Assembly: GCF_003918875.1 (NCBI RefSeq) | Contig: NW_025766015.1 | Location: 248,001-312,000, forward strand | Length of the DNA: 64,000 nt | Direction: 5' to 3' | From: Haliotis rubra | Lineage: Eukaryota | Shown here: positions 39,584 through 52,708 of the stretch, in pieces | How the letters are laid out: the number at the start of each line of letters is the position of its first letter | How positions within the stretch are numbered: position 1 is the first letter of the stretch | Notes under the pieces: generated by a model | The model's input: only the letters and a program-made list of their open reading frames with translations | What the model was told of the DNA's origin: nothing | Databases searched by the model: none | Program-made: the position numbers and the translations under genes

Positions 39584-41082
39584 TGGCGTAAACCAATACT
39601 CTCTCACGTATTTCAGTTTTGTCTCAGTGTAGAAGAATGCTGTTACTATAACCGGGATTAGTCCGTAAAACAACTTCGTATGAAATCAGCAAGCAACAAA
39701 GCAGAATGATATAATTTAGGTAATTAAGGTTACCCAGACGCACCGTTTTGGGATATCGAAACATAATCCTATTCGGGGTGAATCCGGGAATAGGACGTCA
39801 TCGGATCATGGAGCTGCTAAGGAACGCAACTCTGTACAGTGAATTCTGATGTGGTCCGTGTCATCTTGTAGCTGAGCATCACAAGACGGTAGATTACGTC
39901 ATAACGATCTTAAGGGAACCACTAACTTCAGCTCGGTACAACCGTAGTTCGTTATATCCATCTCAAGTAAAACATGAAGCAAGTGCTCAGGACCAAAGTT
40001 ATATATAAAAGATGAGTCCAGATATTTCTTNNNNNNNNNNNNNNNNNNNNNNNNNNNNNNNNNNNNNNNNNNNNNNNNNNNNNNNNNNNNNNNNNNNNNN
40101 NNNNNNNNNNNNNNNNNNNNNNNNNNNNNNNNNNNNNNNNNNNNNNNNNNNNNNNNNNNNNNNNNNNNNNNNNNNNNNNNNNNNNNNNNNNNNNNNNNNN
40201 NNNNNNNNNNNNNNNNNAAACAAGAACCAATTATTTTGAAACATCGAAGCCTGGGATCGAACCAGAGACCTTCCCACTCCGGACGCTCTGTCCCTTAGAC
40301 CATACAGGAGATTCTCGACATGCGGAAACATGATGACATGAAAGCTAATATTAACCGCACATAATATACTTGATGAACACATAGGCAATTACTTCCTACG
40401 TTCTTCAAACATCCCTCAGGAGATTTTTTACGGTTTCTATTTATATGCCATGCCTTGTGACTCGTGGTACCTTTCTTCATCCCATATTTTCATCCCCCGT
40501 CAATCGATAAAGCTATTATTAGAATAGTTTTCTATTAAGTAAACGGCTAATAATGCACCACATGGTACGACTAATATGGTATCTAATAATAACAGAACAG
40601 GATAAAAATCATGCAATTTCATAAGGTAGTAAAGTATGTACTTAACCTGTCAAAACTTACAGATGGCTTATGAATAAATCCGCCAACAAATTCACTTTAA
40701 CCTTATCGTAAGACTAGATATAATGTTCGGCTTCTAGGTATATTGACTCGACTTGCGTCAGGGCACAGACAGGGTATTTGGAAAGAAGAACACGCATCAC
40801 ACAGAAGAATGAAAAACCCGGCTCCGTTTTTGGCCGAGCAATTACTACCTTCACACCTCTGCCAATACATTTTTCCACAATGCATTAATGTTTGATGAGA
40901 GCGATACCTCTCTTCAAAGAAAGCATGTGGGTCTATATCTGATATCGATTCCTGAGGGTAAAGGCGAAAGGTGAAAATGACCATACATATTTTGCTGAAG
41001 GTACTAAGAAGAATATCCTTAATGATGTGTAAATATGTTTGTTTATTTGCTTTTATGTGTGTTTATGTTTTCTTTTGTTTTA

Positions 41083-41217
41083 GGGCGGTGGTGTAGCCTA
41101 GTAGTTAAAGCGTACGATTCTGACATGGGTACAATGTGTGAAGCCCATTTCTGGTGTCCCCCGCGGTGATATTGCTGGAATATTGTTAAAAGCGGCGAAA
41201 ATTAAACTCACTCACTC
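41083..41217 (+). mobile_element. SINE family A, internally deleted
   Basis: Consensus match lacking part of the head. Confidence 0.88.
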
Positions 41218-44200
41218 TTTTGTTTTTTTTTTGGTGTGTTTGTTGTGTTTTTGTGTGTGTGTTTTTTGTTGTTGTTGTTTTTTTTTGTTGGGTTTTTTAG
41301 GGGGTATTATTATTATTATTATTTGGGGGGTCTTAACATTTGTTTTCTCTCTTGTAGAGGGAGGGGAAAGGGAGGAGGTGTTTATGTTTTTGCTTTTGTT
41401 GTTTTGGGGGCTGAGGAAGGAGTGGCTTTGTTGTTATTTTCTATTGTTTGTTTTACTGTTGTTTCTTTGTTTTGCTTTTAGTGTGTGTTTACACGTTCCT
41501 GTATAGAAAACATACATTGCACATGTTACTTCAGAAAATAATACTGTCACTAATACCCATTTGGCACCGAGAAAAGCTCTTGTACTCATTGTCAGGTCAG
41601 GAGGAGCTGAATATTCCACAAATATTCAAATTGTACGCCATTGTGACCAGTTGATCCCCATTTGTGCCTCATGGTAAAATTATTGAGTGTGTGCTGCAGT
41701 GTTATTGCTTGGAAAGACGCTTTAAATTGTAATGGATCCATACAATGTTTCGAACTTTTTATTGCAGTGGTAGTCCGGTATGACGTCATACCATTCTCGT
41801 GACGTGAAGCGTGACGTCATGTCTATCTCACTTTCTCGCAGGAAAAGAGTGGTGGGGAATTATATCAGGAATCAACTGCTCAAAATATTTCATGATGTCT
41901 TAATTAGACACTGATGACTACAATATGATGACAAATTTGACAATCATAAGAGATTCGAACTCTTAGGTAACTTGGCCATCATAATGCCACTAGGTCACAC
42001 GTGGTACCGTGATGGAATTGTACATTAAGCCATATATATCATGAAGATATATATGCTATATATGTTACATTCCCCCACGCAGTATCAATCAAGTTCGTGT
42101 CTTCTGTCTCCAGCATTGTTGAAAATATCAAACCGTCAGCGTCATTAAACGGTCGTGGTGATGGGATTGTTACGAATGGGCGACCAACTGTCTCTGTGAC
42201 ATTTAATCAACTGAAAATACCATCACAGAGCGTGTATGCATTTCCTGTGTAGGTGTACCTAGACTATGTGGTAATACGGGGATGCTGGAAGTGTAGGTGT
42301 CAGTATTTGTGTATAATTAGCGACATGGACATGACACAGTGATCTGTATCCGCACATTTGATGGATCGACCCACATCTTATGTATTCATATACCGGCGGC
42401 CTATTATGGGCTCGTTTAGTCATATAGGGGTAATTATAGGTAAATGTTGAGAAGCGTGACTTCGGAATGACCCAGACACTTCAATACATTCCATCTGGAG
42501 GCTTAAGGTTTTGTGTAACTACAGTTTAGGTAAGGTTTGAGCACAGATTTGTTACAGTTTTATTATGGAATATGTTCTGTAGCTTTTATTCAAAGTGGGA
42601 GAAGCTTTTCCAAACACTCATCACGAAATATATGATATAACACTGATGCGCTTCAACTAAATCAATTTACATTGAGAATACGTTGTTGAAAGCAGCTATG
42701 ACTAAAGTGTCGTAGATTATATCTGAAAATGGTTTAAAGACCACGCTTTTCAAAATATTGAGCTATTTTCAAAAAATTTAAAATTATATATTTTCAAATT
42801 AAATTAAAACAAATATGGTAGATGTGCTTCTTGCAAATATTTCTTTTATGTATTATACTTTCTTTAAAGTATTACACGATTTCGGAGTGGCTTACAGGAA
42901 TATGAAAAGTCATAGCAAAACCTACATGTATGGCATGCGCATGTATAAATAAACTGTTTTTCTTGGACATAAACTTGCATTGTGAGAACATTAATTGGAT
43001 TCTCTATATTTTACTAAATACACACTTAGGATGTTAAAAGACATAGCACAAAGTCCTTTGCAACTAGAAACATAACAAAATAATACGTACTGCAAAATAA
43101 TACGTTATAATACGTTATTTACTCAAGATATCAAGACTCCTTCCGGACTGTTGTGAGGATGGCTATATAGCCATTTATCATTTCTTAAACTCTTTAGCTA
43201 ATAGAACACCGAAAATAATCAACATTTCAACATGAAAAGACATGGAGGCAGTAACACTATTCTTGTAGAAAACGTTAATCATTTTGTTGATGTGACGAGA
43301 TGTTTTCTGTGATGCTGCTCAGTTTCTGCGGTACGGTCAAGGTCATCGTCATGTTTACATCACAGATCATTAACTAAAGCCACGTCAACACAGCGCGACA
43401 TAGTTTCGTATCTTGTTTTCTTCCGCACAGACTATGGTATAATAATATTGATACCATAACAAGCATTGGTAATTATATTTGTAAATAGGTATTACAGGAA
43501 ATTGTATCGTGTAATTGGAAGATCAAAATGCCAAGGACATGGATTTCTCTGTATTAGGTATTTGTGCATATACAACCAAATGTTAATCTGTAAACGAAGG
43601 TCGTGTGTTCTTGTAAATGGAAGTTGTTGTTTTCTGTGTGTCGATAACAAGATAAGACGCAAAATGAAGAGTTGTAGAGAGTGATAATGTTAACTTATAA
43701 TAAGTAGTAATACTTTATATCATTTATCATACTTTGGATGCACTTCGGCATATACTTTCAACTACAAATTAAAATCTGTCATTCAGAACCACAATTGGGT
43801 ACTGGAGGAACTCCGGGTTAGAATAGATCCCAAACAACTGAAATAGTTTTGGGGGTCAGCCAAGGTGACCTCTTTGATTGCATGTCATCGTATCCCAATC
43901 GAGTGGATCGATGCTCATGACGTCAGTTCCTGGATTGTGTGGTTTTGATTCGGTTATTGACGTCATAAAATACTGGAGATGGCGTTAAGCCACAAACGAA
44001 CAAACATACGTGCAGATAACTTAAAGTAGCTGCTTTTGTAAAAAAGGATTAACATCGCAGCCCTTTCTGTTATGTTTAATGAGGGAGTGCTTTATATAGC
44101 GGGTGCTACCGGTGGGGCGGGACACCCTGACCCTTTTCGAGAACACCAGGTGTCATTCACTGACTTTCAGTGATCCAGTCATATAATTTTCTGAGAAATA

Positions 44201-44499
44201 TTGAGTATTCTTTTGCACAAACGTTCTACAATTACAGCATAACTCTTCATTTCAAATATACGTGTGACCGTCAGAAAGTGAGGGATGCTTCTACCAATTG
44301 TTGGTGCAATAATCACAGGTGATGAGGATGACTATTTTATGTAAGCATATGTTTGGTATGGGTGAAATATTACATAATGACAAATATAAAGTCAGTATGT
44401 CTAAAAAGGTAAATACGCCCCAATCATGTTTTGGTTTGAACTGGAATTAATAATTATAATATTTGAATTAAAAATGTACCACAAGACAAGAAGGATTAT

Positions 44500-44870
44500 T
44501 TCAGTTTCAGATTCCCCTTCATATCGAGCAATGTTTCAGCCGACCAAACTTTTTGTAATCTTCTCAACTTTTGACATGACATCGAACATTTCAAAGATCG
44601 TCCTGGGAATTACCCACTTAGTAAAATCCCACTTGGGTTCAATATGGACACAGTATTCACAGCCTCAGTAATGATGTAAAGAAGTTGTTGTTTTTTATGG
44701 TAGACATGATTACAATCTGAAGCATCAATGACAAAAATGATTCCTTATGTTGACTTGTATCATATGTTCCCTTTGTTCGGGAAACATTTGCCTTGCCTTG
44801 TCATGTGTTTGTAATGACTGGGTGGGGTCAGGACATACACACCTTTGGCAAGGAATTGGTACCGTCATTA
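44500..44870 (+). mobile_element. Penelope-like 3' fragment
   Basis: FPFISSNVS, SQLL, gcatcaatgacaaaaatgat and terminal motif, colinear with the 37880 copy. Confidence 0.6.
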
Positions 44871-45766
44871 TGTGATAGTTGTTCATAATCACATTCTTAT
44901 TAGGACAATGGACATAGATTTCTTGTGATTATGGATTTTTTGTCTTTTCATTAACATGAATCTTTTACATTTTGTGGTGAAACGAAAAAGATTCCAAGAA
45001 CACTTTACTCGTCTGAGATCAGTGGTTACAAACTGCTCTTTGATGTCTTTGATGTCCCACGTGATTTTAGGATGCCAAACTCAGACAAATACAGTCCGTA
45101 ACATGTGAACAAGGAAATCTGTCTGTACATAGAAAGTCAGACTTCAGTTCCTGCAATTATAGAACGATTTCAAGAGTGTCCTACACTAACGAAAAGAGTT
45201 AATTTCCGTTCATCTCGTCGGCTCTTTTTACTTTTTGAGCAAAGCATCACAAATATTCATCGGTGATGTAAAGGGAATGTTTGTCATTTTCGTTACATTA
45301 AAGGACATGTATCATGTTGTTCCATATTATAACATGAATAGGAAACTTTATATTGTGAAATGACTTCTAAGGTCAGGTTCTATGTGTCATTTCCATGTAA
45401 CTAATTTACTGAAATTCGTCACCAACTTAAAGAATCTAGAGCAAATGCTCATATTAATCATATAATATTTATTCAAGTATTCTATATATGTTGACGTCAT
45501 GTATTTCTTGTGACCACCCCCAACCCTCATGCGGAATGACATTTTGTACAAGATGTCAATTCTACATTCATATTAGGGTACATATTTTGCCACATATGAA
45601 TCAGTTATTTAATATGATTTTTAAAAATTCTTTTGGAGGTATAGAAAGACAGTTACTCACCATTACATGCTAATTACATATACAGTAACATGCTCGGCTG
45701 TCAGGTAGAATTATACGTGTGCAGTTGTATAGCTTATCTAGTCGGGTCGGAGTCCTGGGTGTAGTG

Positions 45767-46012
45767 TGAGTGAGTGAGTTTAGTTTTACGCCGCACTCAG
45801 CAATATTCCAGCTATATGGCGGCGGTCTGTAAATAATCGAGTCTGGACTAGACAATCCAGGGACCAACAGCATGAACATCGATCTACGCAATTGGGATAC
45901 GATGACATGTGTCAACCAAGTCATCGTAGCCTGACCACCCGATCCCGTTAGTTGCCTCTTACGACAAGCATGGGTTACTGAAGATCAATTCTAACCCGGA
46001 TCTTCACGGGTT
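45767..46012 (-). mobile_element. Retroposon family B, near consensus, 12-bp TSD
   Basis: TSD ctgggtgt(a/g)gtg at 45755-45766 and 46013-46024. Confidence 0.95.
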
Positions 46013-46066
46013 CTGGGTGTGGTGACGTGTCAGCAGTAATATGTTCCTTGATATGTTAGTGATATA

Positions 46067-46193
46067 TACTCATGCCAATAATGGTTGTCACCCCCTCCAC
46101 ACCCCAACCCCACACACACCTCACACCCCCACCCCACACCCCCTCTCCAATTAAAAAAATTGAAGGGGGTGACAACCATTATTGGCATGAGTA
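46067..46193. mobile_element. Tc1-type MITE (~127 bp)
   Basis: Perfect 33-bp inverted repeat 46064-46096 / 46164-46196 including flanking TA; C-rich spacer. Confidence 0.8.
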
Positions 46194-49100
46194 TATGACA
46201 TTACTTACAAATGAACAATCTAGGTTATAAATCAACGTGTGGTCAGTTTGCAAAAACATCTCTCAAGCTATTTTTGCATAAACGTGCATAGAAGGTTTTC
46301 ACTTGTGACAAAACAAAGCGATATACGTCTATAAAGTTATTCACAGAACATGTGTCCAATGTATTACATGGGCCTTCCACATACCTGGAAATTCGCCTCG
46401 ACACGATTGACCTCATGCTGATGTCACTTTTTCAGCCAAATGCATGTAGGCGTCAAGTGACGGCTATGACTAGCGTTAAACAACGCCACTGTTAGGCCGG
46501 TGGGTATGATAGGTACCCACCCACGACGCCACGATCTGTATTACATTTTATTGCATTCGATCGCACCGCACCGCACCGTATTGTATTATTTTATATTGTA
46601 TACAAGATGAAGATACAGGCAAACAATAGAGTTAATTCTTTTGCATTCTCATTACCGCGCAAAATGATAAACTATGGTACCTCGATGTATAAATATGTGT
46701 CAAATGCTGACAATGACCTCATGAATCAGCAATCAGATTATGTTAAGCTATTTCCAAAGACAAGTTCACAGTGAAGTCACTCGGTTGCACGGTTCACAAC
46801 GTCATTACCTTTTTAAGCGCGGTGCTTCCATATTACGCCACCTTCTATTAACTTATCATTTGTCTAGTTACAATTTCAGCCTAATTGAAATATTTTTAAA
46901 CGATTACCGATAAACCGGCGACCTCGACAACCCTTTCATAAAGCTAGGGGCCACAGTTCAACTTCAGCGCTCTGTTTGTATTAGGCATAAATTGTTAGAA
47001 ATGACACCTACAAACAAAGTTTCTGGTAATGTTTAATTACAAACGTTCAACAACACGTACAAAATGCTCAATCCCTCCAAGTTGTATTTTTGACACCAGC
47101 ATAAACATCCCAGCCCGGTATTGCCGAAGTGGAAAATGCACTTATCGACTATAACACCTAGAAGCGAGGGTATCGGCTTTCGGACAAGCATCTCCGAAAT
47201 TCGAGTCGGATAATAGGCTAAATTTTAATTACGTTTAGTTGTCCGAGAGCTCATTAGATGGTTCCTATCGATCTCCTCCAGCTGGCAACGTAGCAGCCAT
47301 TGAAAGTCAATGACACGTTTTCATAAAGTTAGTTCGTCTACCGTACCAGATAGTTCTCGCCTTTGATGAAGGTGCTCGAGGAACTTCTGACATTAGAATA
47401 TTCCTCGTCTGCTTGAGAATAATTGTCGTCTGCTTTGATCGTTATTCGAAGGATGAGTCTAATTACATTTCACTGGCTTGTTTACGTGCCCATGTCATTA
47501 ACCGGATTCGTTGAAATTAGACATGTGATTAGTTCCCAGTCGCTGAACACACATAATGAACTCTTCGTTTGACAGATAGGACCTGTTGGGTGGCTGAGCA
47601 ACCCGCCAAACTTCCCGGACATGCTTCTGGTCCGCGGGTTCTCGGAAGATAGGCATACGGGACAAGGTTCAGACCAACCTATCGATACCTGTCACAGCCA
47701 GTTCTTCAACCAGTGACAAGGATATGTGAAGATGTCGTTGTAGGAGAAATAATCTACGTCTTTAATGAGCCTTGATAATCGACATATATATTTCTCATGT
47801 AAGCCAAGAAATTGACTGTCGCTTCATTCTTAACTAACCTCATTAAATTTCTGTCTTTGTGATGAAGAGTTTTGGCGAGGTTGCTTGGATGAGGTGTCAG
47901 GCATGTTTCCCGATATTTTTCCCCCGTGTGTGGGTATTATATTAGCGTTGTCAAGGAATAAGATATCATGTCAGGCGAATGTGACTGAATTATTGATGTA
48001 GATATGAAAAAGCAGACGTAATCTTTGACCTTCTTTTACAGACACGAGCGATGGGGTAACCCAGTGGTTAAAGCGTACGCTCGTCGTCCTTACATGGGTA
48101 CTATGTGTGGAGACCATTTCTGGTGTCCTCCGTCGTGACGTTGCTGGTTCATGGCTAAAACATCATTTTAACAGATACATGCAATCAGCTTAATGAAAGT
48201 CGCGTGGAAATTCTGTTTGAAATTAGTCATAACGTGAGTCAACAGTTCGGGTCGTGAGGTTCAGCGACTTGGTGGATGGTGTCTTTTAGCCCCGATCGAT
48301 GCTCATAGTAACAATTACTTTCTGTCTTCACCACCGTCATTTGTATCAGGTGTATTGCTGGTGCCGTTTGAAATCATCAAACAAATAGATTTAACCAATT
48401 TCTCCAAAAACTGAAATATAGCTAAAATATTTCAAACCGCAGAGAGCCCCTGTCACTGTGACGGATCAGTCTGTGATCCTCGGATCGGCAAAACAAGTCA
48501 TTAATGCATGTTGAATGCCTTACGTAATCATCCCTAAACATCTTTCTATATTAACGGGTGAGGTCGGACTTGGTCAAATCGGCATCATTGCATGTAAAAT
48601 TCAAGTCGTTTGATTTTCTTGCAACATTTGAATTGTTTATAGGTTAACGATTTCGCTAAGCCTTCCCTAAAGACACCTTAATATTACCGTACAAACATAC
48701 AGTCAATGTCTCGACCAAGACGTTTATAACCACGTCCAGTTCTGGACTGGAAGTCGGGAAAATACCGCAGAGTTCTTCTTTTACAGGGATTCATTACAGT
48801 CTCTACTGACAGTGACTCCGGTACTCAGCGGATGGTATTCATGGGATGAGTGTTGAGCAAATCATGCAAGAACCCCAAGTCTTCTGTCAGTACAGTCCCT
48901 CCTGGCAAGATACCACATAAACAATGTATATATATATTTAGGTGTGCAGCATTAGGTTCAGCGTGCCAGAGTTAAGGTGTAAGGTGATGTTATACAAATC
49001 TACACAATACCAATCGTGAGAGCATTCAAGCAGATTAACCTCCACCTTACCCCGTCAGAGCAAAAGCTATATTTGTGCTGGTATATAATTAAGATACTAA

Positions 49101-50115
49101 CACAGTGCAAGAGAACGATGGTTGATAAATCATCTCGACCTGCCAGACGTGGTGGTGTTAATAATTTACTGAACTGTCACAAAACACTGGAACACTATGA
49201 AGATCATTCAGTACAAATATTCAGAAAATGTCCAAATACGTTTCTGACAATTTACCTTTAAGTGCATAGTAATGTTTATTGTTTTCTCATGTATTTAAGA
49301 GACATACTCGGTCGAGATAACAAATAGTTTTCACGCTGGGCATCTTTTTAAGAGCGAAATTCTTGTAGGAATGCTCATGAAACTGTCTGGAAAACTATGT
49401 TGATAAGAATCGGTTGATTGCATTACAGGGCGATTAGCCTTTTCACATACTAGCCAGTGCTAAGCTGTAAAGCTTGAGAACAAGCAGAAGGAATATATTA
49501 AGTTAGCTTTCAAATTAAATCTGGAGATTGTATGCAGGATACGTTTACCTACTATGGATGTTTAAGAGCAAATATATGCTCTGGATACTATCAAAATATT
49601 GATAGGTCCTTACTTGAAATGCTGCCTTTTACATTATATAACATTGTGTTAGAAATATCATAACGTATGACATTAAATTGTACTACATTACATGTACAAC
49701 ATATTTCATTTAATCAATCCTTAGCAGTCAAATCCATTACAAGTCAATTTAATGAGCAACTTAATCCTTCTAACATTCGGTAATCTATACTTCACTTTAA
49801 AAAATTACTTCCAGCTATTAAGCAGATTTCTTTCTCAAAGAATGTTCTTCGCTTTTAACATATCTCATCTTTATTAAGAGACGTCATTGTCAGACATATC
49901 TGTATCCCTTTAATATTGTGTTTGTTTCAAACATATTGAAAAGAGAGATGAGAAAAGGATTAGGGACAAGTTCTCCAACTTAGAAAACGCTCTCCTTATT
50001 AATATTGTGTTCGATCGACTGTTCATATTGGGATGTTCCCACATTCATTATTCAATCTGGACGATGCACAGGGAACAAATTAAAAATGTTGTTTCCTGCA
50101 TGATCCATGTATACA

Positions 50116-50267
50116 TAAAAGGACAAACGTTATGGATGAACAACTTCTTCTATCAGGTGAAGCGATGTTTCGATACAGATTCTAGTATCGTTGTCAAGCA
50201 AGTAGAATCTGTATCGAAACGTCGCATCAAGAATAAAGAAGTTGTTCATCTATAAAGTTTGTCTTTA
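50116..50267. repeat. Long inverted repeat, probable inverted Penelope pseudo-LTR pair
   Basis: ~65-bp imperfect arms with a perfect 18-bp core gtttcgatacagattcta (50167-50184) / tagaatctgtatcgaaac (50203-50220). Confidence 0.75.
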
Positions 50268-51169
50268 TCTGACTCTCCAACTTCTTAATGTGCCACTCAA
50301 TGAAGCCATGTGTACATGTATCATTCAATGTGTACCTTCTCCTGCTGGAAGAGAGACTAACATTACTTATATCTTGCATACCTTTCCAGTGGGTTAACTG
50401 AATATTTTCGTACTTTTTGAGAGAATCTGTTAAAATACAAACTCACGTCATCTGACAATATTCACTATTCGGGTAGCCATGTAAGGTATGCCCAAGCATG
50501 TGTTCTTCAACTGATTGCGCAAACAGGCTTAACTATGCAACATATATAATACATCTATCTTAAAGTATATGTTTAAATTTTCGCAAACACTTTGTGAGTT
50601 AGGTGAAATGTCGTGAAACATGAATTACCATTAGGATATGTTTGAATGGATAAGCTAGTATACCATCAACATATAATCATAAAATGTCTCAATTTCTCCT
50701 ACTATTTCATCTCGCCCAATACAATGACACGGGTAAATCGTGTGATTTATTATAACTGCATGTATGCAAGGCCGTTTGCAATACCTCTGGTCCTTACAGT
50801 TAGGACACACGATGAGAAATACTGTAATTAATACACTTCAGGAAACCAGGAGCTGCATATTTTCATCTGACACAATCGGTTGACATTTTATGAAAGAGCA
50901 GTAGAGAAAAAATAACTTAATTTGAAGTATGACAGCCTGACACACCTAACATTCTTTACCGGGCATGGTGGGGTAAGAGCTCTTCTGGTAAGTCCTTTAC
51001 AAAAGACATTTTGGTCAACTATTTTGGGTGAAGAAGTAGCTAAATTGAATAACCTGATGATATGATTACCACTACACGCGTTTCAGAAGAGGGAGCCATT
51101 CCGACAAGTATGTAATCCAATTGTTGTGGCCTTACGAAAAATATCGATTCTGTAAAATGGGAATATACG

Positions 51170-52410
51170 ATGAAGAACAGATTATGCATGATGAGGAACA
51201 GTTTGTGTAAGATACATAACAGTTTGTGTAAGATACATAACAGTTTGTGTAACAGTTTGAGATCCATAGCAGTTTGTGTAAGATACATAACAGCAGTTTT
51301 GTGTAAGATACATAACAGTTTGTGTAAGATACATAACAGTTTGTGTAAGATACATAACAGTTTGTGTAAGATACATAACAGTTTGTGTAAGGTACAGAAC
51401 AGTTTGTGTAAGATACATAACAGTTTGTGTAAGATACATAACATTTGTTACAGTCAGAACAGTTTGTAAGATACATAACAGTGTTTTTGTGTAAGATACA
51501 TAACAGTTTGTGAATGATGGGGGTAATAGATCATAACAGTGTGTGTAAGATAAGGTTTGTGAATGAGGGGAAAGGTTTATGTAAGATAAAGAACAGTTCA
51601 TGCAAGATACAGAACAGTTTGTGTAAGATACAGAACAGTTTGTGTAAGATACAGAACAGCTTGTGAATGATGGAGAATAGTTTATATTATGTTAAGTTTG
51701 TGAATGATGAAGAGCAGTTTATATTATGTTAAGTTTGTGAATGATGAAGAGCAGTTTATGCATGGCAAGGAAAAGTTTATGTAAGATAGAGAACAGTTTA
51801 TTTAAGGTACAGATAGTTTATGTAAGATACAGAACGATTTATGTAAGATACAGGACAGTTTATGCAAGATACAGGGCGGTTTATATGAGATACAGAACAG
51901 TTTATGTAAGATACAGAACAGTTTATTCAAGATATAGTTAGTTTATGTAAGATAAAGAAAGTTTGTGAATGATGCATGATGTTATGACAGATACAGGTCG
52001 GTTTATGTAAGATACAGAACGGTTTGTGAATGATGAAGAATTGATTATGTAAGATACAGAACAGTTTATGCAGGATACAGAACAGTTTATGCAAGATACA
52101 GAACAGTCTTTGTGAGATACAGAACAGTTTATGTAAGATATAGAACAGTCTATTCAAGATACAGATAGTTTATGTAAGATACAGTACAGTTTATGCAAGA
52201 TACAGGACGGTTTATGTAAGATACAGAACGGTTTATGTAACATGCAGAACAGCTTGTGAATGATGGAGAACAGATTATGGAAGATGGTGAACAACTTATG
52301 TAAGATACAGTACAGTTTATGCAAGATACAGGACGGTTTATGTAAGACACAGAACGGTTTATGTAATATACAGAACGAGTTGTGAATGACGGAGAACAGT
52401 TTATGTAAGA
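51170..52410. repeat. 21-bp minisatellite (agtttgtgtaagatacataac and variants)
   Basis: Period 21; produces the LLCILHK pseudo-ORFs. Confidence 0.95.
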
Positions 52411-52551
52411 TGACGTAAACTGGCTGGCAGCTTCACGCTGGTGGCTTTTCACGTGTATGTTTTTTTCTATGTTTGTTAACATTATTTTCCATGTATGTTA
52501 ACATGTACGTACAAGTGTTACATTTCCTGCAAGTGTCTATTTCATTTCCAG

Positions 52552-52708
52552 CTATGCACATTATTGAAGACGTAGCCGGTGCTACAGACGAAGTGACAGA
52601 GCCGTGCCTGTCGTTGAGGAACAAGCTGGGGGTGTATACAGCCCCTGTAGAACACCTGGAGGTACGACTGCCTTCGGAGGACCGATTCAACCTCAAGCCT
52701 CTGTGCAG
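52552..52708 (+). CDS. Coding exon of unidentified plus-strand gene: (A)MHIIEDVAGATDEVTEPCLSLRNKLGVYTAPVEHLEVRLPSEDRFNLKPLC(R)
   Basis: Acceptor ctatttcatttccAG, donor CAG|GTGAGG; 157 bp; only one open frame; GC-richer than flanks. Confidence 0.7.

Noticed and set aside
40703-40984. Cys-rich 93-aa ORF on the minus strand
   Set aside because: No recognisable domain spacing and no convincing in-frame splice pair.
51040-52482. LLCILHK / CYVSYTN repeat proteins
   Set aside because: Products of a 21-bp minisatellite that is open on both strands.
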